The notes below the pieces were generated by a model, which searched no databases, was not told the DNA's origin, and saw only the letters and a list, made by a program, of their open reading frames with translations. Below, piece by piece: positions 48,150 to 60,200 of a DNA stretch of 64,000 bases (the first letter of the stretch is position 1; each line of letters starts with the position of its first letter). Origin of the DNA: an uncultured delta proteobacterium (GTDB lineage: Bacteria; Myxococcota; Myxococcia; Myxococcales; Myxococcaceae). Location: NCBI GenBank assembly GCA_963771175.1, contig CAVYSY010000025.1, forward strand, positions 96,001 to 160,000. Direction: 5' to 3'. The translations under genes were made by a program, and so were the position numbers.

Positions 48150-48936
48150 ATGAAAGTCGCTGGTCGTGACGAGGCAGCACCGGCCCGGCAGGCGCCGGAC
48201 AAGGGACGTTTCCGGGAAGAGCTGAAGAAGGCGGGCCCGGAGGCGAAGACCGGCCCGGCGGTGGTGAAGGCCCCGACCCGTGGAGGACAGGTCACCCGTC
48301 CCCCCGGAGGGCTCGCGCGCACCACCACCGGGACCGTGACCACCACCGGGCAGGCGCGGACGCCGCAGCGGGGCGCCTTCGCCAGCTCCGAGCACCTTGG
48401 TCAGGTGCGCCAGGGCATGACCCTGGAGACCCACCGACTCCGGGACGTGCGGGGCGAAGCCCACCAGACGCACCAGGAGCGGGTGCAGCAGCGCGTGACG
48501 GACCTCATCTCCCGGGAGCTCGCTCGCGAGCTGCGCTCCGAGCCAGTGGCGCCACACTCGACCGCGACGCCACGGGGCCCCGAGGCCTCAACCTCCCCGG
48601 TGGAGGGGCTCTCCGCCGCCGGAGAGGTCCGCACGGGGGGCCCGGGAGGAGCTGGCGCGGCGGCCGTGGACACGCCGAACCCCGAGGTCCGCGCACAGGC
48701 GGCCCTGGAGCTCATCGAGAAGATCGAGGTGTTCGTGAAGTCCCAGCGCCCGGCGCTGGCGATGCGCCTGGGCGGAGCACTGGACGCCACGGTGGAGGTG
48801 GAGCGCACCGGCGCTCGCGAGGTGTCCCTGCGCATCCAGGGGCGCCGGGGTCCCCTTCCCCAGGAGGACCTGGCACGCATCCGCGACGGCCCTGGCCGAA
48901 CGGGGACTGAAGCTCAGCGCCTTCCTGACTTCTTGA
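48150..48936 (+). CDS. Hypothetical protein with a FliK/SctP-like C-terminal domain (apparent frameshift near 48888)
   Basis: Low-complexity N-terminus followed by ALELIEKIEVFVKSQRPALAMRLGGALDATVEVERTGAREVSLRIQG. Removing one base restores RIRDALAERGLKLSAFLTS-stop (TGA 48934-48936). Confidence 0.55.
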
Positions 48937-48952
48937 GGACGACTCCGGGCAT

Positions 48953-48987
48953 GAAAAAGGCCCTCCCGCCTCTCGGCGGAGGGCCTT
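48953..48987 (-). terminator. Intrinsic terminator between convergent genes
   Basis: AAGGCCCTCCCGCC-TCTC-GGCGGAGGGCCTT hairpin, followed by a T run on the minus strand, downstream of ferredoxin. Confidence 0.75.
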
Positions 48988-49008
48988 GGGAGGACCCCTA
49001 CCCCAGGC

Positions 49009-49347
<339 letters not shown>

Positions 49348-49444
49348 TGAAATTCTCCTCTTGGACTGAATCCGTGCGCGCGTGCGCACACTAATGGGTT
49401 GTAACGGGGGTGGCACTCCCTAATTTGAGTCCCCCCCTGCCTGC

Positions 49445-50533
49445 TCAGCCCAGGAGGCCTTGGGCACGCATCAGTTCGGCTACCAGGATGGCGCCCTTGG
49501 CGGCTCCCATCTTGGTGTTGTGGGAGACGAGCAGGTACTTGAAGCCGTTCTCCAGCACCGCGTCCTCGCGCACCCGGCCCACCGAGGTGGCCATGCCCGC
49601 GTCGGTGTCGCGATCCAGGCGCGGCTGCGGCCGGAACGGATCGTCGAGCACCTCGATCCAGCGCGGCGGAGCCGACGGCAGGTCCCGGGAGACCTCGGCG
49701 CCCCGCCACTCGCGCATCGCCGCCGCCACGTCCTGCACGGAGGCCTTGCGCGCGAGCGACACGAAGACGGACTCGGTGTGCCCCTCCATCACCGCCACGC
49801 GGGTGCAGGTGCAGGACACCCGGACGTCATGCGGGAGGAGCGAGCCGCCCCCGGCCTCCAGCGAGCCGAGGATCTTCTGGGTCTCGACCTGGACCTTCTC
49901 CTCCTCCTTGGGGATGTAGGGGATGACGTTGTCCAGGATGTCCAGACCGATGACGCCCGGCGAGCGGCCCGCGCCGGACATGGCCTGCATCGAGGTCATC
50001 AGCACCGACTTGAGGCCGAAGCGCTCGGCCAGCGGGGCCAGGGTGATGGCCAGACCGGTGGTGGTGCAGTTGGGGATGGGGACGATGAAGCCCTTCCAGC
50101 CCCGGCGCTTCTGCTGCTCGCGCACCAGGGGGGCGTGGGAGGCGTTCACCGGGGGGATGAGCAGCGGCACGTCCTCCTCGTAGCGGAAGGCGCTGGCCGC
50201 GGAGAACACGGGGATGTCGCGGGCGAGCCGGGGCTCCAGCTCCTTGGCCACGTCCGACTCCACCGCCGAGAAGGCGATGTCGTAGTCCCTGGCCTGGAGC
50301 TCATCGCCGTTCACCACCTTCATCCGGGCGATGGACTCGGGGAGCGGCTCGGGAACGAACCAGGCGGTCATCCCATTGGCGGTGCGGAGCGCCTCCACGT
50401 ACGTCTTGCCCGCCGAGCGCGGCGAGGCCGCCAGTCCGGTGAGCTCGATGTAGGGGTGGTCCTTCAGCGCGGCGATGAACTGCTGGCCGGCGAGTCCGGT
50501 GGCGCCAATGAGGACAGCGCGAAGCTTGGCCAT
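49445..50533 (-). CDS. asd: Aspartate-semialdehyde dehydrogenase
   Basis: IGATGLAGQ, PNCTT, QAMSGAG, NVIPYI, CTRVAVMEGH, HNTKMGAAKGA. Confidence 0.93.
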   Translation of the reverse strand: MAKLRAVLIGATGLAGQQFIAALKDHPYIELTGLAASPRSAGKTYVEALRTANGMTAWFVPEPLPESIARMKVVNGDELQARDYDIAFSAVESDVAKELEPRLARDIPVFSAASAFRYEEDVPLLIPPVNASHAPLVREQQKRRGWKGFIVPIPNCTTTGLAITLAPLAERFGLKSVLMTSMQAMSGAGRSPGVIGLDILDNVIPYIPKEEEKVQVETQKILGSLEAGGGSLLPHDVRVSCTCTRVAVMEGHTESVFVSLARKASVQDVAAAMREWRGAEVSRDLPSAPPRWIEVLDDPFRPQPRLDRDTDAGMATSVGRVREDAVLENGFKYLLVSHNTKMGAAKGAILVAELMRAQGLLG

Positions 50534-50651
50534 GGTGTCTGACTCCCTCCGTGGGGGTCGTGGGGGGTGGCGCGTCCTTTATACCCTTTGGCGTATGACC
50601 TTTGGCGCCGGACTTCACGTTCGTCGGGGAAGCCCGGGTGCCCGCCCGGTC

Positions 50652-51005
50652 TCAGCACAGCCCTTGGACCGAGGCCTCCGAGACGTGGCGCTCCGTGGGA
50701 AATCCGTGGGTGATCCACCCCTGGAGGCCCCCGTCCAGGCAGATGGCCTTGCGCCCCCGCATCTGGAGCAGGCGGCAGGCCCGGCGCGCATCGGAGCCAT
50801 CCGGAGAACACCCGCACACCACGATGAGCTCGTCGTCGGGGAGCACCTCCGCGTCCCGGAGGAGCTCCTCGAAGCACATCCACAGGGCACCGGGAATGTG
50901 GAGGCCGTAGCGCTCCCAGTCGTCGGGGTCACGGCAGTCGAGGACGAGCACTTCCTCGTCCCCGAGCCGCACGTAGAGCTCGGTACAGGGCATACGGAAA
51001 TCCAC
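50652..51005 (-). CDS. Rhodanese-like domain protein
   Basis: VLDCR, HIPGAL, VVCGC, LDGGLQGW; AGGAGGT RBS before GTG at about 51005. Confidence 0.85.
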   Translation of the reverse strand: MDFRMPCTELYVRLGDEEVLVLDCRDPDDWERYGLHIPGALWMCFEELLRDAEVLPDDELIVVCGCSPDGSDARRACRLLQMRGRKAICLDGGLQGWITHGFPTERHVSEASVQGLC

Positions 51006-51103
51006 CACTCGGGACCTCCTGCTGCGGTGTCTGTCCCGCAGAACGAGGAGCGCCCCCATGCCCTTCCCCACGGCTCGCCAGCCCGCCCGCCGTGGTCACC
51101 CGC

Positions 51104-52267
51104 CTAGAGACCGAGCTGCTTGGCGATGATCTCGTTCATGATCTCGCTGGTGCCCCCGCCGATGGGGCCCAGGCGAGCGTCACGCCAGTGGCGCTGGATG
51201 TCGTACTCCATCATGTAGCCGGCGCCGCCGTGGAGCTGGAGGCACGCATCGGCCACCCGGCAGGCCGTCTCGGTGGCCACCTTCTTGGCCATGGACGTCT
51301 GGGCGATGGCGTACTCGCCCCCCACGTGCAGGCGCAGCGCGTGGTAGGTGAGCTGGCGCGCCGCCTCGAACTCGGTGGCCAGGTCGGCCAGCTTGTGCCG
51401 CACCACCTGGAACTCGTTGAGCGAGTGGCCGAAGGCGCGCCGCTCCCGCACGTGGGCCATCACCACCTCCAGCATCTCCTCCATGGCCCCGAGCGCCCCC
51501 AGGGCGAGCGACAGGCGCTCCCACTGGAAGTTGCCCATGATCTGATAGAAGCCCTGCCCCGCCACCCCACCCAGCAGGTTGGCCACCGGCACCCGACAGT
51601 CCTCGAGGAAGAGCTCGGCGGTGTCCGAGGCGCGCCAGCCGAGCTTCTTCAGCTTGCGCCCCACGGAGAAGCCCGGGGTGCCCTTCTCCACCACCAACAG
51701 GGACAGCCCCTTGTGACCGGCCTCGGGGTTCGTCTTCACCGCCAGGACGACGAAGTCCGCCCGCACGCCGTTGGTGATGTAGGTCTTCGAGCCGTTGACG
51801 ACGTAGTGGTCCCCGTCGAGGCGGGCGGTGGTGCGCAGGCCGGCCACGTCCGAGCCCCCGTTGGGCTCGGTGATGCCGAGCGCGCCAATCTTCTCCCCCT
51901 GGATGGCCGGGGCGAGGAAGCGCCGCTTCTGGTCCTCGGTGCCGTACTTGTGGAGGGGGCCGGTGGCGATGGTGTGCTGGGCCGCGAGCCCCGCGGCGAC
52001 CCCGCCCGAGCCGCAGCGCCCCATCTCCTCGAGCAGCACCGCCTCGTAGAGCTCGCCGGCGTTGGAGCCCCCGTACTCCGCCGGGTACTTGAGACCGAGG
52101 AAACCCAGCTCGCCGAAGCGGGTGAAGAGCTCCCGGGGGAACTCCTCCTGCTCCTCCCACTGGGGGGCGAAGGGCTTCAGCTCCTTCTCGATGACCGCCC
52201 GGACCGTGCGGCGGAAGGCCTCGTGCTCCTCCTGGTACAGCCCGTAACCGTGCAGCATCGTTGACAT
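51104..52267 (-). CDS. Acyl-CoA dehydrogenase
   Basis: ALGITEPNGGSD, NGSKTYITNG, GWRASDTAEL, QLHGGAGY, IGGGTSEIM. Confidence 0.96.
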   Translation of the reverse strand: MSTMLHGYGLYQEEHEAFRRTVRAVIEKELKPFAPQWEEQEEFPRELFTRFGELGFLGLKYPAEYGGSNAGELYEAVLLEEMGRCGSGGVAAGLAAQHTIATGPLHKYGTEDQKRRFLAPAIQGEKIGALGITEPNGGSDVAGLRTTARLDGDHYVVNGSKTYITNGVRADFVVLAVKTNPEAGHKGLSLLVVEKGTPGFSVGRKLKKLGWRASDTAELFLEDCRVPVANLLGGVAGQGFYQIMGNFQWERLSLALGALGAMEEMLEVVMAHVRERRAFGHSLNEFQVVRHKLADLATEFEAARQLTYHALRLHVGGEYAIAQTSMAKKVATETACRVADACLQLHGGAGYMMEYDIQRHWRDARLGPIGGGTSEIMNEIIAKQLGL

Positions 52268-52342
52268 CCCTCCGGTGTCTGGCGGGACCGCCAACCCCCG
52301 ATGCTAGCGGACAAGGATGTGCACGCTCCCCCTTCTGCTGTC

Positions 52343-52371
52343 TTGACCCGGCTTTTTCGGGCTCATATAAG
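52343..52371 (+). promoter_or_regulatory. sigma70 promoter for tRNA-Cys
   Basis: TTGACC-N17-TATAAG ending 18 nt before the tRNA. Confidence 0.7.
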
Positions 52372-52389
52372 GCCGTACACAGTTCGCCC

Positions 52390-52461
52390 GGCGCCATAGC
52401 CAAGTGGTAAGGCAAAGGTCTGCAAAACCTTCATTCCCCGGTTCGAATCCGGGTGGCGCCT
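52390..52461 (+). tRNA. tRNA-Cys(GCA)
   Basis: GGCGCCATAGCCAAGTGGTAAGGCAAAGGTCT-GCA-AAACCTT...CCGGTTCGAATCCGGGTGGCGCCT. U73 discriminator; CCA not encoded. Confidence 0.97.
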
Positions 52462-52467
52462 CACAAT

Positions 52468-52510
52468 AAGGCCCGATGTGGACTCCGGTTCACATCGGGC
52501 CTTCGTCTTT
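52468..52510 (+). terminator. Intrinsic terminator after tRNA-Cys
   Basis: AAGGCCCGATGTG...CACATCGGGCCTT stem followed by CGTCTTT. Confidence 0.75.
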
Positions 52511-52581
52511 GCGGGCTTCGGCACCCCGACTCGGCGGCCTCGGGATTGCTTAGGGCGAGGGACATGCTGATATCCCCTCTC

Positions 52582-53178
52582 ATGGCCCCCTTCGAGCCCC
52601 CGTCCACCGAGCGAAACGCCCCGTCCGTCGAGGCAGCCTTCCAGGCGGCTCCACCGGAGATGGTGGCGGAGATCCTCAACGGGGAGCTGCACCTCAGCCC
52701 TCGCCCGGCCCGCCCGCACACCAACGCGGCATCAGGACTGGGCGCCCTCCTCACCCCACCCTTCAAGTTCGGCAGAGGCGGACCGGGTGGGTGGGTCATC
52801 CTCGATGAACCGGAACTGCACCTCGGCCGCCGCCCGGACAAGCTCGTGCCGGACATCGCGGGCTGGAGGCGCGAGCGACTGCCTCGGGCCATCGGAGGGG
52901 AAGACGCCCCGGCGCACTACGACCTCGCCCCGGATTGGGTGTGCGAAGTGCTCTCCGAGCGCACGCGACGCATCGACAAGATCCAGAAGATGCGCATCTA
53001 CGCCCGGGAAGGCGTGCGGAACGTCTGGCACGTGGACCCGCTCGCCCAGACGCTCGACATCTTCCGGCTCGAGGGACGCCACTGGCTTCTCGTTGAGTCC
53101 TTCGCCGGAGACGAGCGGGTCCGCGCCGAGCCGTTCGAGGCCATCGAACTCGAGCTGGCGCTCGTCTGGGCGGAGTAG
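52582..53178 (+). CDS. Uma2/DUF820 family putative endonuclease (PD-(D/E)xK fold)
   Basis: AEILNGEL..PRP..H, GGWVILDEPEL, VPDIAGWR, APDWVCEVLS, KMRIYAREGV..WHVDP. Start could be 52564. Confidence 0.92.
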   Translation: MAPFEPPSTERNAPSVEAAFQAAPPEMVAEILNGELHLSPRPARPHTNAASGLGALLTPPFKFGRGGPGGWVILDEPELHLGRRPDKLVPDIAGWRRERLPRAIGGEDAPAHYDLAPDWVCEVLSERTRRIDKIQKMRIYAREGVRNVWHVDPLAQTLDIFRLEGRHWLLVESFAGDERVRAEPFEAIELELALVWAE

Positions 53179-53187
53179 GGCTTCACC

Positions 53188-56100
53188 TCAGCCCAGCGTC
53201 GCGCGCGCGTTGCGGAACATCCGCATCCACGGGCTGTCCTCGCCCCACTCCTGCGGGCACCAGGAGTACTGGACGCTCCGGCTCACGCGCTCCGGATGCG
53301 GCATCATGATGGTGACGCGCCCGTCTCGCGACGTCAGGCCGGCGATGCCGTGCGGCGAGCCGTTCGGGTTGGCCGGGTACTGCTCCGTCACCCGCCCGTG
53401 GTTGTCCACGAAGCGCACCGGCACCATGCCCAGCCCGTTCACCCGCGCCGCCTCGTCCGGGCTGGCGAACTCCGCGCGCCCCTCGCCGTGCGACGACGAC
53501 GATCGGGATGCGGCTGCCGGCCATGCCCTTGAAGAACAGCGACGGGCTCTCCGCCACCTCCACCTGCACCAGCCGCGCCTCGAACTGCTCCGAGGCGTTG
53601 CGCACGAAGTGCGGCCAGTGCTCGGCGCCGGGGATGAGCTCGTGGAGCTGCGACATCATCTGGCAGCCGTTGCAGATGCCCAGGGCGAAGGTGTCCGAGC
53701 GCGCGAAGAAGGCGGCGAACTCGTCCCGCGCCCGCGCGTTGAACAGGATGGAGCTTGGCCCAGCCGCCACCCGCGCCCAGCACGTCGCCGTACGAGAAGC
53801 CTCCGCACGCCGCGAGGCCCGTGAAGTCCTTCAGTGACACGCGCCCGGCGAGGATGTCGCTCATGTGCACGTCCACCGCGCTGAAGCCCGCGCGCATGAA
53901 CGCCGCGGCCATCTCGAGCTGGCCGTTCACGCCCTGCTCGCGCAGGATGGCCACCCGGGGCTTCGCACCCTTCGCGATGTACGGCGCCGCCACGTCCTCC
54001 GTCGGCTCGAACGTGAGCCGGGCCGACAAGCCGGGGTCGCTCGGGTCGCACTTCGCGGCGAACTCCTCCTCGGCGCAGCGCGGGTTGTCGCGCAGCTTCT
54101 GCATCTCGTAGCTGACGCGCGACCACAGCTTGCGCAGCGACACGGTGTCCTCCTCCAGGAGCACCTTCGCGCCGTGGCGCACGCGCACCTGGAGCGCCGC
54201 CTGGGGCCGCCCGAGCTCGTGGCACGCGGAGCCCAGCCCGTGCTTCGCCAGCACCTCGCGCACGCGCTGGAGGTCCGAGGCCTTCACCTGCAGCACCGCG
54301 CCCAGCTCCTCGTTGAAGAGCGCCGCCACGGCATCCGAGCCCAGGGCAGCCACGTCCACCTCGAAGCCGCAGTGGCCCGCGAAGGCCATCTCCACCAGCG
54401 CGGTGAGGAGGCCACCGTCCGAGCGGTCGTGGTAGGCCCGCACCAGGCCCGCCTCGATGAGCGCCTGCATGGCGGTGAAGAAGCCCTTCAACAGCTCGGG
54501 GCTCTCCACGTCCGGGCACCGCGGGCCCACCTGCGAGTACACCTGCGCCAGCACCGAGCCACCCAGCCGCTGCTTGCCACCGGCGAGGTCCACGAACACC
54601 AGCCGCGAGTCCGCGCCCGGCTCGCGAAGCTGCGGCGTGAGCGACTTGCGCACGTCGAGCACCGGCGCGAAGGCCGACACGATGAGCGACAGCGGCGCCG
54701 TCACCGCCTTGCGAGCCCCCTTCTCCTCCCACACCGTGCGCATGGACATGGAGTCCTTGCCCACCGGAATGGTGATGCCCAGCGCCGGGCACAGCTCCAT
54801 GCCCACCGCCTTCACCGCGTCGTAGAGGTTGGCGTCCTCGCCCGGGCTGCCGGCGGCGGCCATCCAGTTGGCGGACAGCTTGATGTCCCCCAGCTTGCCA
54901 ATCCGCGCCGAGGCGATGTTGGTGACGGCCTCGGCCACCGCCATGCGCGCCGAGGCGGCCGCGTCGATGAGCGCCAGCGGGGTGCGCTCGCCCATCGCCA
55001 TGGCCTCGCCGGTGTAGCCCGCGTGCGCCGACAGCGTCACCGCGCAGTCCGCCACCGGCACCTGCCACGGGCCGACCATCTGGTCCCTCGCCATCAGGCC
55101 GGTCACCGATGCGGTCGCCAATCGTGATCAGGAACCTCTTGTCCGCCACCGTCGGGTGCGCGAGCACTCGCGCCAGCAGCTCCTTCACCGGGGCGTCCAG
55201 CTTCAGCTCGGCGTGCGCCAGCGGACGCGACTTCACGTCCCGGTGCATGCGCGGCGGCTTGCCGAACAGCACGTCCATCGGGATGTCGATGGGCGCGTTG
55301 CCGAACTGCCGGTCCGTCAGCTTCAGCGCCTGCTCCTCGGTGGCCTCGCCCAGCACCGCGAAGGGCGCGCGCTCGCGCTCGCAGAGGGCCTCGAAGCGCG
55401 ACAGGTCCTCCGGCGCGATGGCCAGCACGTAGCGCTCCTGGGCCTCGTTGCACCAGATCTCCAGCGGCGACATGCCGGGCTCGTCGTTGGGCACCTCGCG
55501 CAGCTCGAAGCGCCCGCCGAGGCCGTCGTCGTGGACCAGCTCCGGCACCGCGTTGGACAGGCCGCCCGCGCCCACGTCGTGGATGGAGCGGATGGGGTTG
55601 GCGTCGCCCAGCGCCCAGCAGCGGTCGATGACCTCCTGGCAGCGCCGCTCCATCTCCGGGTTGTCACGCTGCACCGAGGCGAAATCGAGGTCCGCCGCGC
55701 TGGCGCCCTGCGCCATCGAGGACGCCGCGCCGCCGCCCAGGCCGATCAGCATCGCCGGGCCGCCCAGCACGACGATCTTGTCCCCCGGCTTCAGCGTGCC
55801 CTTCTGTACGTGCCCATCCCGGATGTTGCCGAGGCCGCCGGCGATCATGATCGGCTTGTGGTAGCCGCGCACCTCGACGCCCTCGGGCGCGGGCACCTGC
55901 TGCTCGAAGCTGCGGAAGTAGCCGCACAGGTTGGGCCGGCCGAACTCGTTGTTGAAGGCGGCGCCGCCCAGCGGGCCTTCGATCATGATGTCGAGCGCGG
56001 ACACGATGCGCTCGGGCTTGCCGTAGGGCTGCTCCCAGGGCTGCTCGTGGCCCGGAATCCGCAGGTTCGAGACGGAGAACCCGCTCAGGCCCGCCTTGGG

Positions 56101-57087
56101 CTTGGCGCCGCGGCCCGTAGCGCCCTCGTCGCGAATCTCCCCGCCCGAGCCCGTGGAGGCACCCGGGTGCGGGGAGATGGCCGTGGGATGGTTGTGGGTC
56201 TCCACCTTCATCAGGATGTGCACGGGCTCACGGTGGAAGCGGTACTCGCCGCTGTCCGTCTCCGGGAAGAGGCGCTCCACCTCGAAGCCCTCCATCACCG
56301 CCGCGTTGTCCTTGTACGCCGACAGCACGCCTTCCTGGTTCGCCGCGTAGGTGTTCTTGATGGACTGGAAGAGCGAGCGCTCCTGCTGCTCTCCGTCGAT
56401 GGTCCACGAGGCGTTGAAGATCTTGTGCCGGCAGTGCTCGCTGTTCGCCTGCGCGAACATCATCAGCTCGACGTCCGTGGGGTTGCGCTTCAGCTCGGTG
56501 AAGCGATCCACCAGGTAGTCGATCTCGTCCTCGGCCAGGGCCAGGCCCAGCTCGCGGTTGGCGGTGACGAGCGCGGCCCGGCCTCCACCCAGCACGTCCA
56601 CCGTGGTGAACGGACGAGGCGAGTGACCGGCGAAGAGGATGGCGGCGTCCTCCTCGCGCCCCACCACGGCCTGGGTCATCCGGTCGTGCAGCAGCGGCTG
56701 GACGCGGGCGAGCTGCTCCAGGCCCAGGGCCTTGCCCGCCCCGTCGGCGACGAACCAGGCGATACCTCGCTCGATGCGCCGCACGCCGCGCAGGCCGCAG
56801 TTGTGGAGGATGTCCGTGGCCTTCGAGGACCAGGGCGAGATGGTGCCGGGGCGCGGGATGACGAGCTGCAGGCTGCCGCGCCGCTCTCCCTGCGCCAGCC
56901 GGGGGCCGTACTCCAGCAGCCGATCGACCAGCGACCGCTCCGACTCCGAGAGGGCCGCCTCGACGTCGAGGAAGTGCACGAACTCCGCGTAGACGGAGGC
57001 CACGGCCGGCTCCAGCTCACGACAGCGAGCGAGCAGCTTGGCCAGACGGAACTCGGAGAGGGCGGGGGCGCCACGCAGGGTGAGCAT
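53188..57087 (-). CDS. purL: Phosphoribosylformylglycinamidine synthase, large single-chain type (apparent frameshifts near 55110, 53755, 53497)
   Basis: [78 protein letters not shown]. Confidence 0.97.
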
Positions 57088-57298
57088 GGAATCTCTGGGG
57101 AGAGGGGTCCGGAAACGTGCGGCCGTCTTATAACCACAGCCTCCCTCCCGCATCCGAAGAGATCGCCATCGGTTGCCCTCCCCTGGACGGACGGGAGCCG
57201 ACTCCAGGGAAAACGGGGGCCGGATGTGGTTGAATGCGCCTCCTCTCAAGACCGCCGACGAGGACAAGCGCCGGTAGGGGGAGTCTCCGAGGATCCGC

Positions 57299-60200
57299 AT
57301 GGTCAGAGCGAACACGATCCTGGCGGCCCTGTGCGCCCTCGCACTGGGTGTGGCCTGCACGAGCCCCACCGGGCAGGAGCCCGCACCGGAGGCCCCGAAG
57401 GCCACCCAGCGCCGGGCCCTGGGCGAAGGCCCCGCCTCCCTCGTGGCCGACCTGGGTGTGAAGGCCGAGGCCGCGCTGGTGCGCAACCCCAAGAACCTCG
57501 TGGCCGCCGGGCCGACGCTCCTTTTCTCCTCCAACGACGAGGCCCTCGGCGAGGAGCTGTGGAGGCAGGACGCCTCGGGTCCCGTGCTGGTGGCCGACAT
57601 CTACCCCGGCCCCATCGGCGCCTCGCCCTCCCGCTTCTTCCACATGCGGGGGCTCACGTATTTCACCGCCCTCGACGCGCAGCACGGCGTGGAGCTATGG
57701 CGGACGGACGGCACCTCCCGGGGCACCTTCCTGCTCAAGGACGTCTACCCGGGCACGAAGGGCTCCGACATCCGGACCTTCGCCGAGTACAACGGGTGGC
57801 TCTTCTTCGCGGCCAATGACGGAGTGCACGGCCTGGAGCTGTGGCGCTCCGACGGCACCCCGGAGGGGACGGAGCTCGTCCGGGACATCGTGCTGGGCTC
57901 GGGCAATGGCGGTCCCTCGGGATTCACCGTGTTCGGCGGCAAGCTCTACTTCCTCACCACCGGCCCCGGAGGGACGCGGCAGCTCTGGCGCACCGATGGC
58001 ACCAGGGACGGCACGGTCCGCGTCTCGACGAAGGTGACCGCCAGTGACTCCGACTTCCCCAACGGAGGGCTCGTCCGGGTGGGAGGCTCGCTCTTCTTCG
58101 CCGGCAACGACGGCACGACGGGCAACGAGCTGTGGAAGACCAATGGCACCGAGGAGGGCACGGTCCGCGTCAAGGACCTCCAGCCGGGCGCGACGGGCTC
58201 CGAGCCCCAGCGGCTCACCGCCTTCGGGGGCGCGCTGTACTTCGCCGCCACGGACGGCACGAGCGGGCGCGAGCTGTGGCGCTCCGACGGCACCGAGGAG
58301 GGCACGCGGCTCGTCACGGAGCTCGTCTCCGGGAACAACACCGCGGAGACACCCTCCACCCTCGTGGCCACCCCCACCCGCCTCTTCTTCTCCCTGACCG
58401 GCGGCACCGCGAGCGCGCTCTACGCAACGGATGGCACGGCGGCGGGCACAGCGCAGCTCGTGGACTTCAAGGCCCTCGGCGGCTCCGGCCTCCTCTATGG
58501 AATGACGGCCCAGGGCGACACGCTCTTCTTCTTCGGCAATGAGCCGGTTGTCGGCACCGAGCTGTGGACGAGCGACGGCACGCCCTCGGGCACACGGCGC
58601 ATCGGCAACGACCTCTTCCCCAACAACGGCCCGCGGCCGGACGCGCTCACCGTGGTGGGTGACACGGTGTACTTCGTGGCGAACACGCCGGGGACCGGCC
58701 TCTCCATCGAGTACCCCGCCGTCCCCACGCTGTGGAAGACACAGGGCGACGAGTCCAACACCGTCCCCGCCGGAGCCGACCCGAAGCCCACCCGGGGCTC
58801 GAACCCGGCGCCCTTCGCCAGCATGGGCGACGCGCTGTACTTCACCACCTTCGAGGACGAGGAGGTGCCGAAGCTCTGGCGGACCGATGGGACGGCGGCG
58901 GGCACACGGGCGCTCGCGGACGTGGGTCCCAAGGGCATGCTCACGTTCGGCTCGGCGGGGCTGAGCGAGCTGACGGTGCTCAACGACAGCCTCTACTTCG
59001 CGACCTCACAGTCCTCTGGCTATGAGCTCTGGAAGACCGACGGGACGTCCAGCGCCGCGGTGACCACGGACGTCCTGCTCGCCACCGAGGCGAGCTACCC
59101 CATCGAGCTCCACACCCACAACGGGGAGCTCTTCTTCGCCGGCAAGGACACCACCCACGGCGTCGAGCTGTGGAAGACCGACGGCACCAGCACCGTCCTG
59201 GTGAAGGACCTCAATGCGGGCACTCCGTCCTCGAATCCCGCCTCCTTCACCTCCGTCGTGGGCGGTGACCTCTACTTCCTGGTCAACAGCAGCACCACGG
59301 GCTGGGAGCTGTGGAAGACCGATGGCACCGAGCCCGGCACCGTCCGCGCGGTGGACATCCGTGGCTCGGCGGGAACGGGCACCGTCACGAGCATCGCCGG
59401 GGCCATGGGGGACTCGCTCTACTTCGTGGCCGCGGACACCGCCACCGGTCCCGAGCTGTGGAGGCTCGATGGCACCGGGACTGCCACCCTGGTGAAGGAC
59501 ATCCGCTCGGGGGCCCAGGGCTCCGGGCCCTCGCGGTTCGCGGTGATCGGCACCACGCTCTACTTCACCGCCGACGACGGGGTCTCCGGGCGCGAGCTGT
59601 GGCGCACCGATGGCACGCCCGCCGGCACGTCGCGGGTGAAGGACATCGCCATCGGCACGACCAGCGCCTCGCCCGCCGCCTTCGCGGTGATCGGCACCAC
59701 GCTCTACTTCACCGCCGATGACGGGGTCTCCGGGAGCGAGCTGTGGCGCTCGGATGGCACCGAGACGGGCACCGTCCGCGTCGCCGACGTGCGCCCGGGG
59801 AGCGCCCATGGAGTCCTCGCCGAGTCGCTCTTCGTGCTCCCGGACGAGAAGGTGCTCCTCTTCGCCGCCAACGACGGCGTGAATGGCACCGAGCTGTGGC
59901 GCTCGGATGGCACCGAGGCGGGCACCTTCGTGCTGCACGACATCGCCCCCGGGCAGCTCAGCTCGGACCCCGAGTCCTTCGCATTCTTCGGGAGCTCCAT
60001 CGCCTTCGGCGCGAACGATGGGCGGCACGGGCGCGAGCCATGGCTCATGTCCCGGGCACTGCTCACCAACAGCACGCCTCCCACCATCACCTGCCCGGCG
60101 AACCAGTTCGTCGAGGCCCAGCAGCCCCTGGGCGCGCTGGTCCACTTCCCGGAGGCGGAGGCCCAGGATGACACCGCGCTCCCGCCCGCCCTCTCCTACA

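Noticed and set aside
52390..53178. tRNA-Cys as an integration site for an island
   Set aside because: No integrase and no duplicated tRNA 3' end seen; only a single Uma2-family gene, common in myxobacteria, lies before purL.
57500..60050. Periodic gagctgtgg...gacggcac motifs as a CRISPR array
   Set aside because: In-frame protein repeats (ELWxxDGT) with degenerate third positions; no cas genes in the window.
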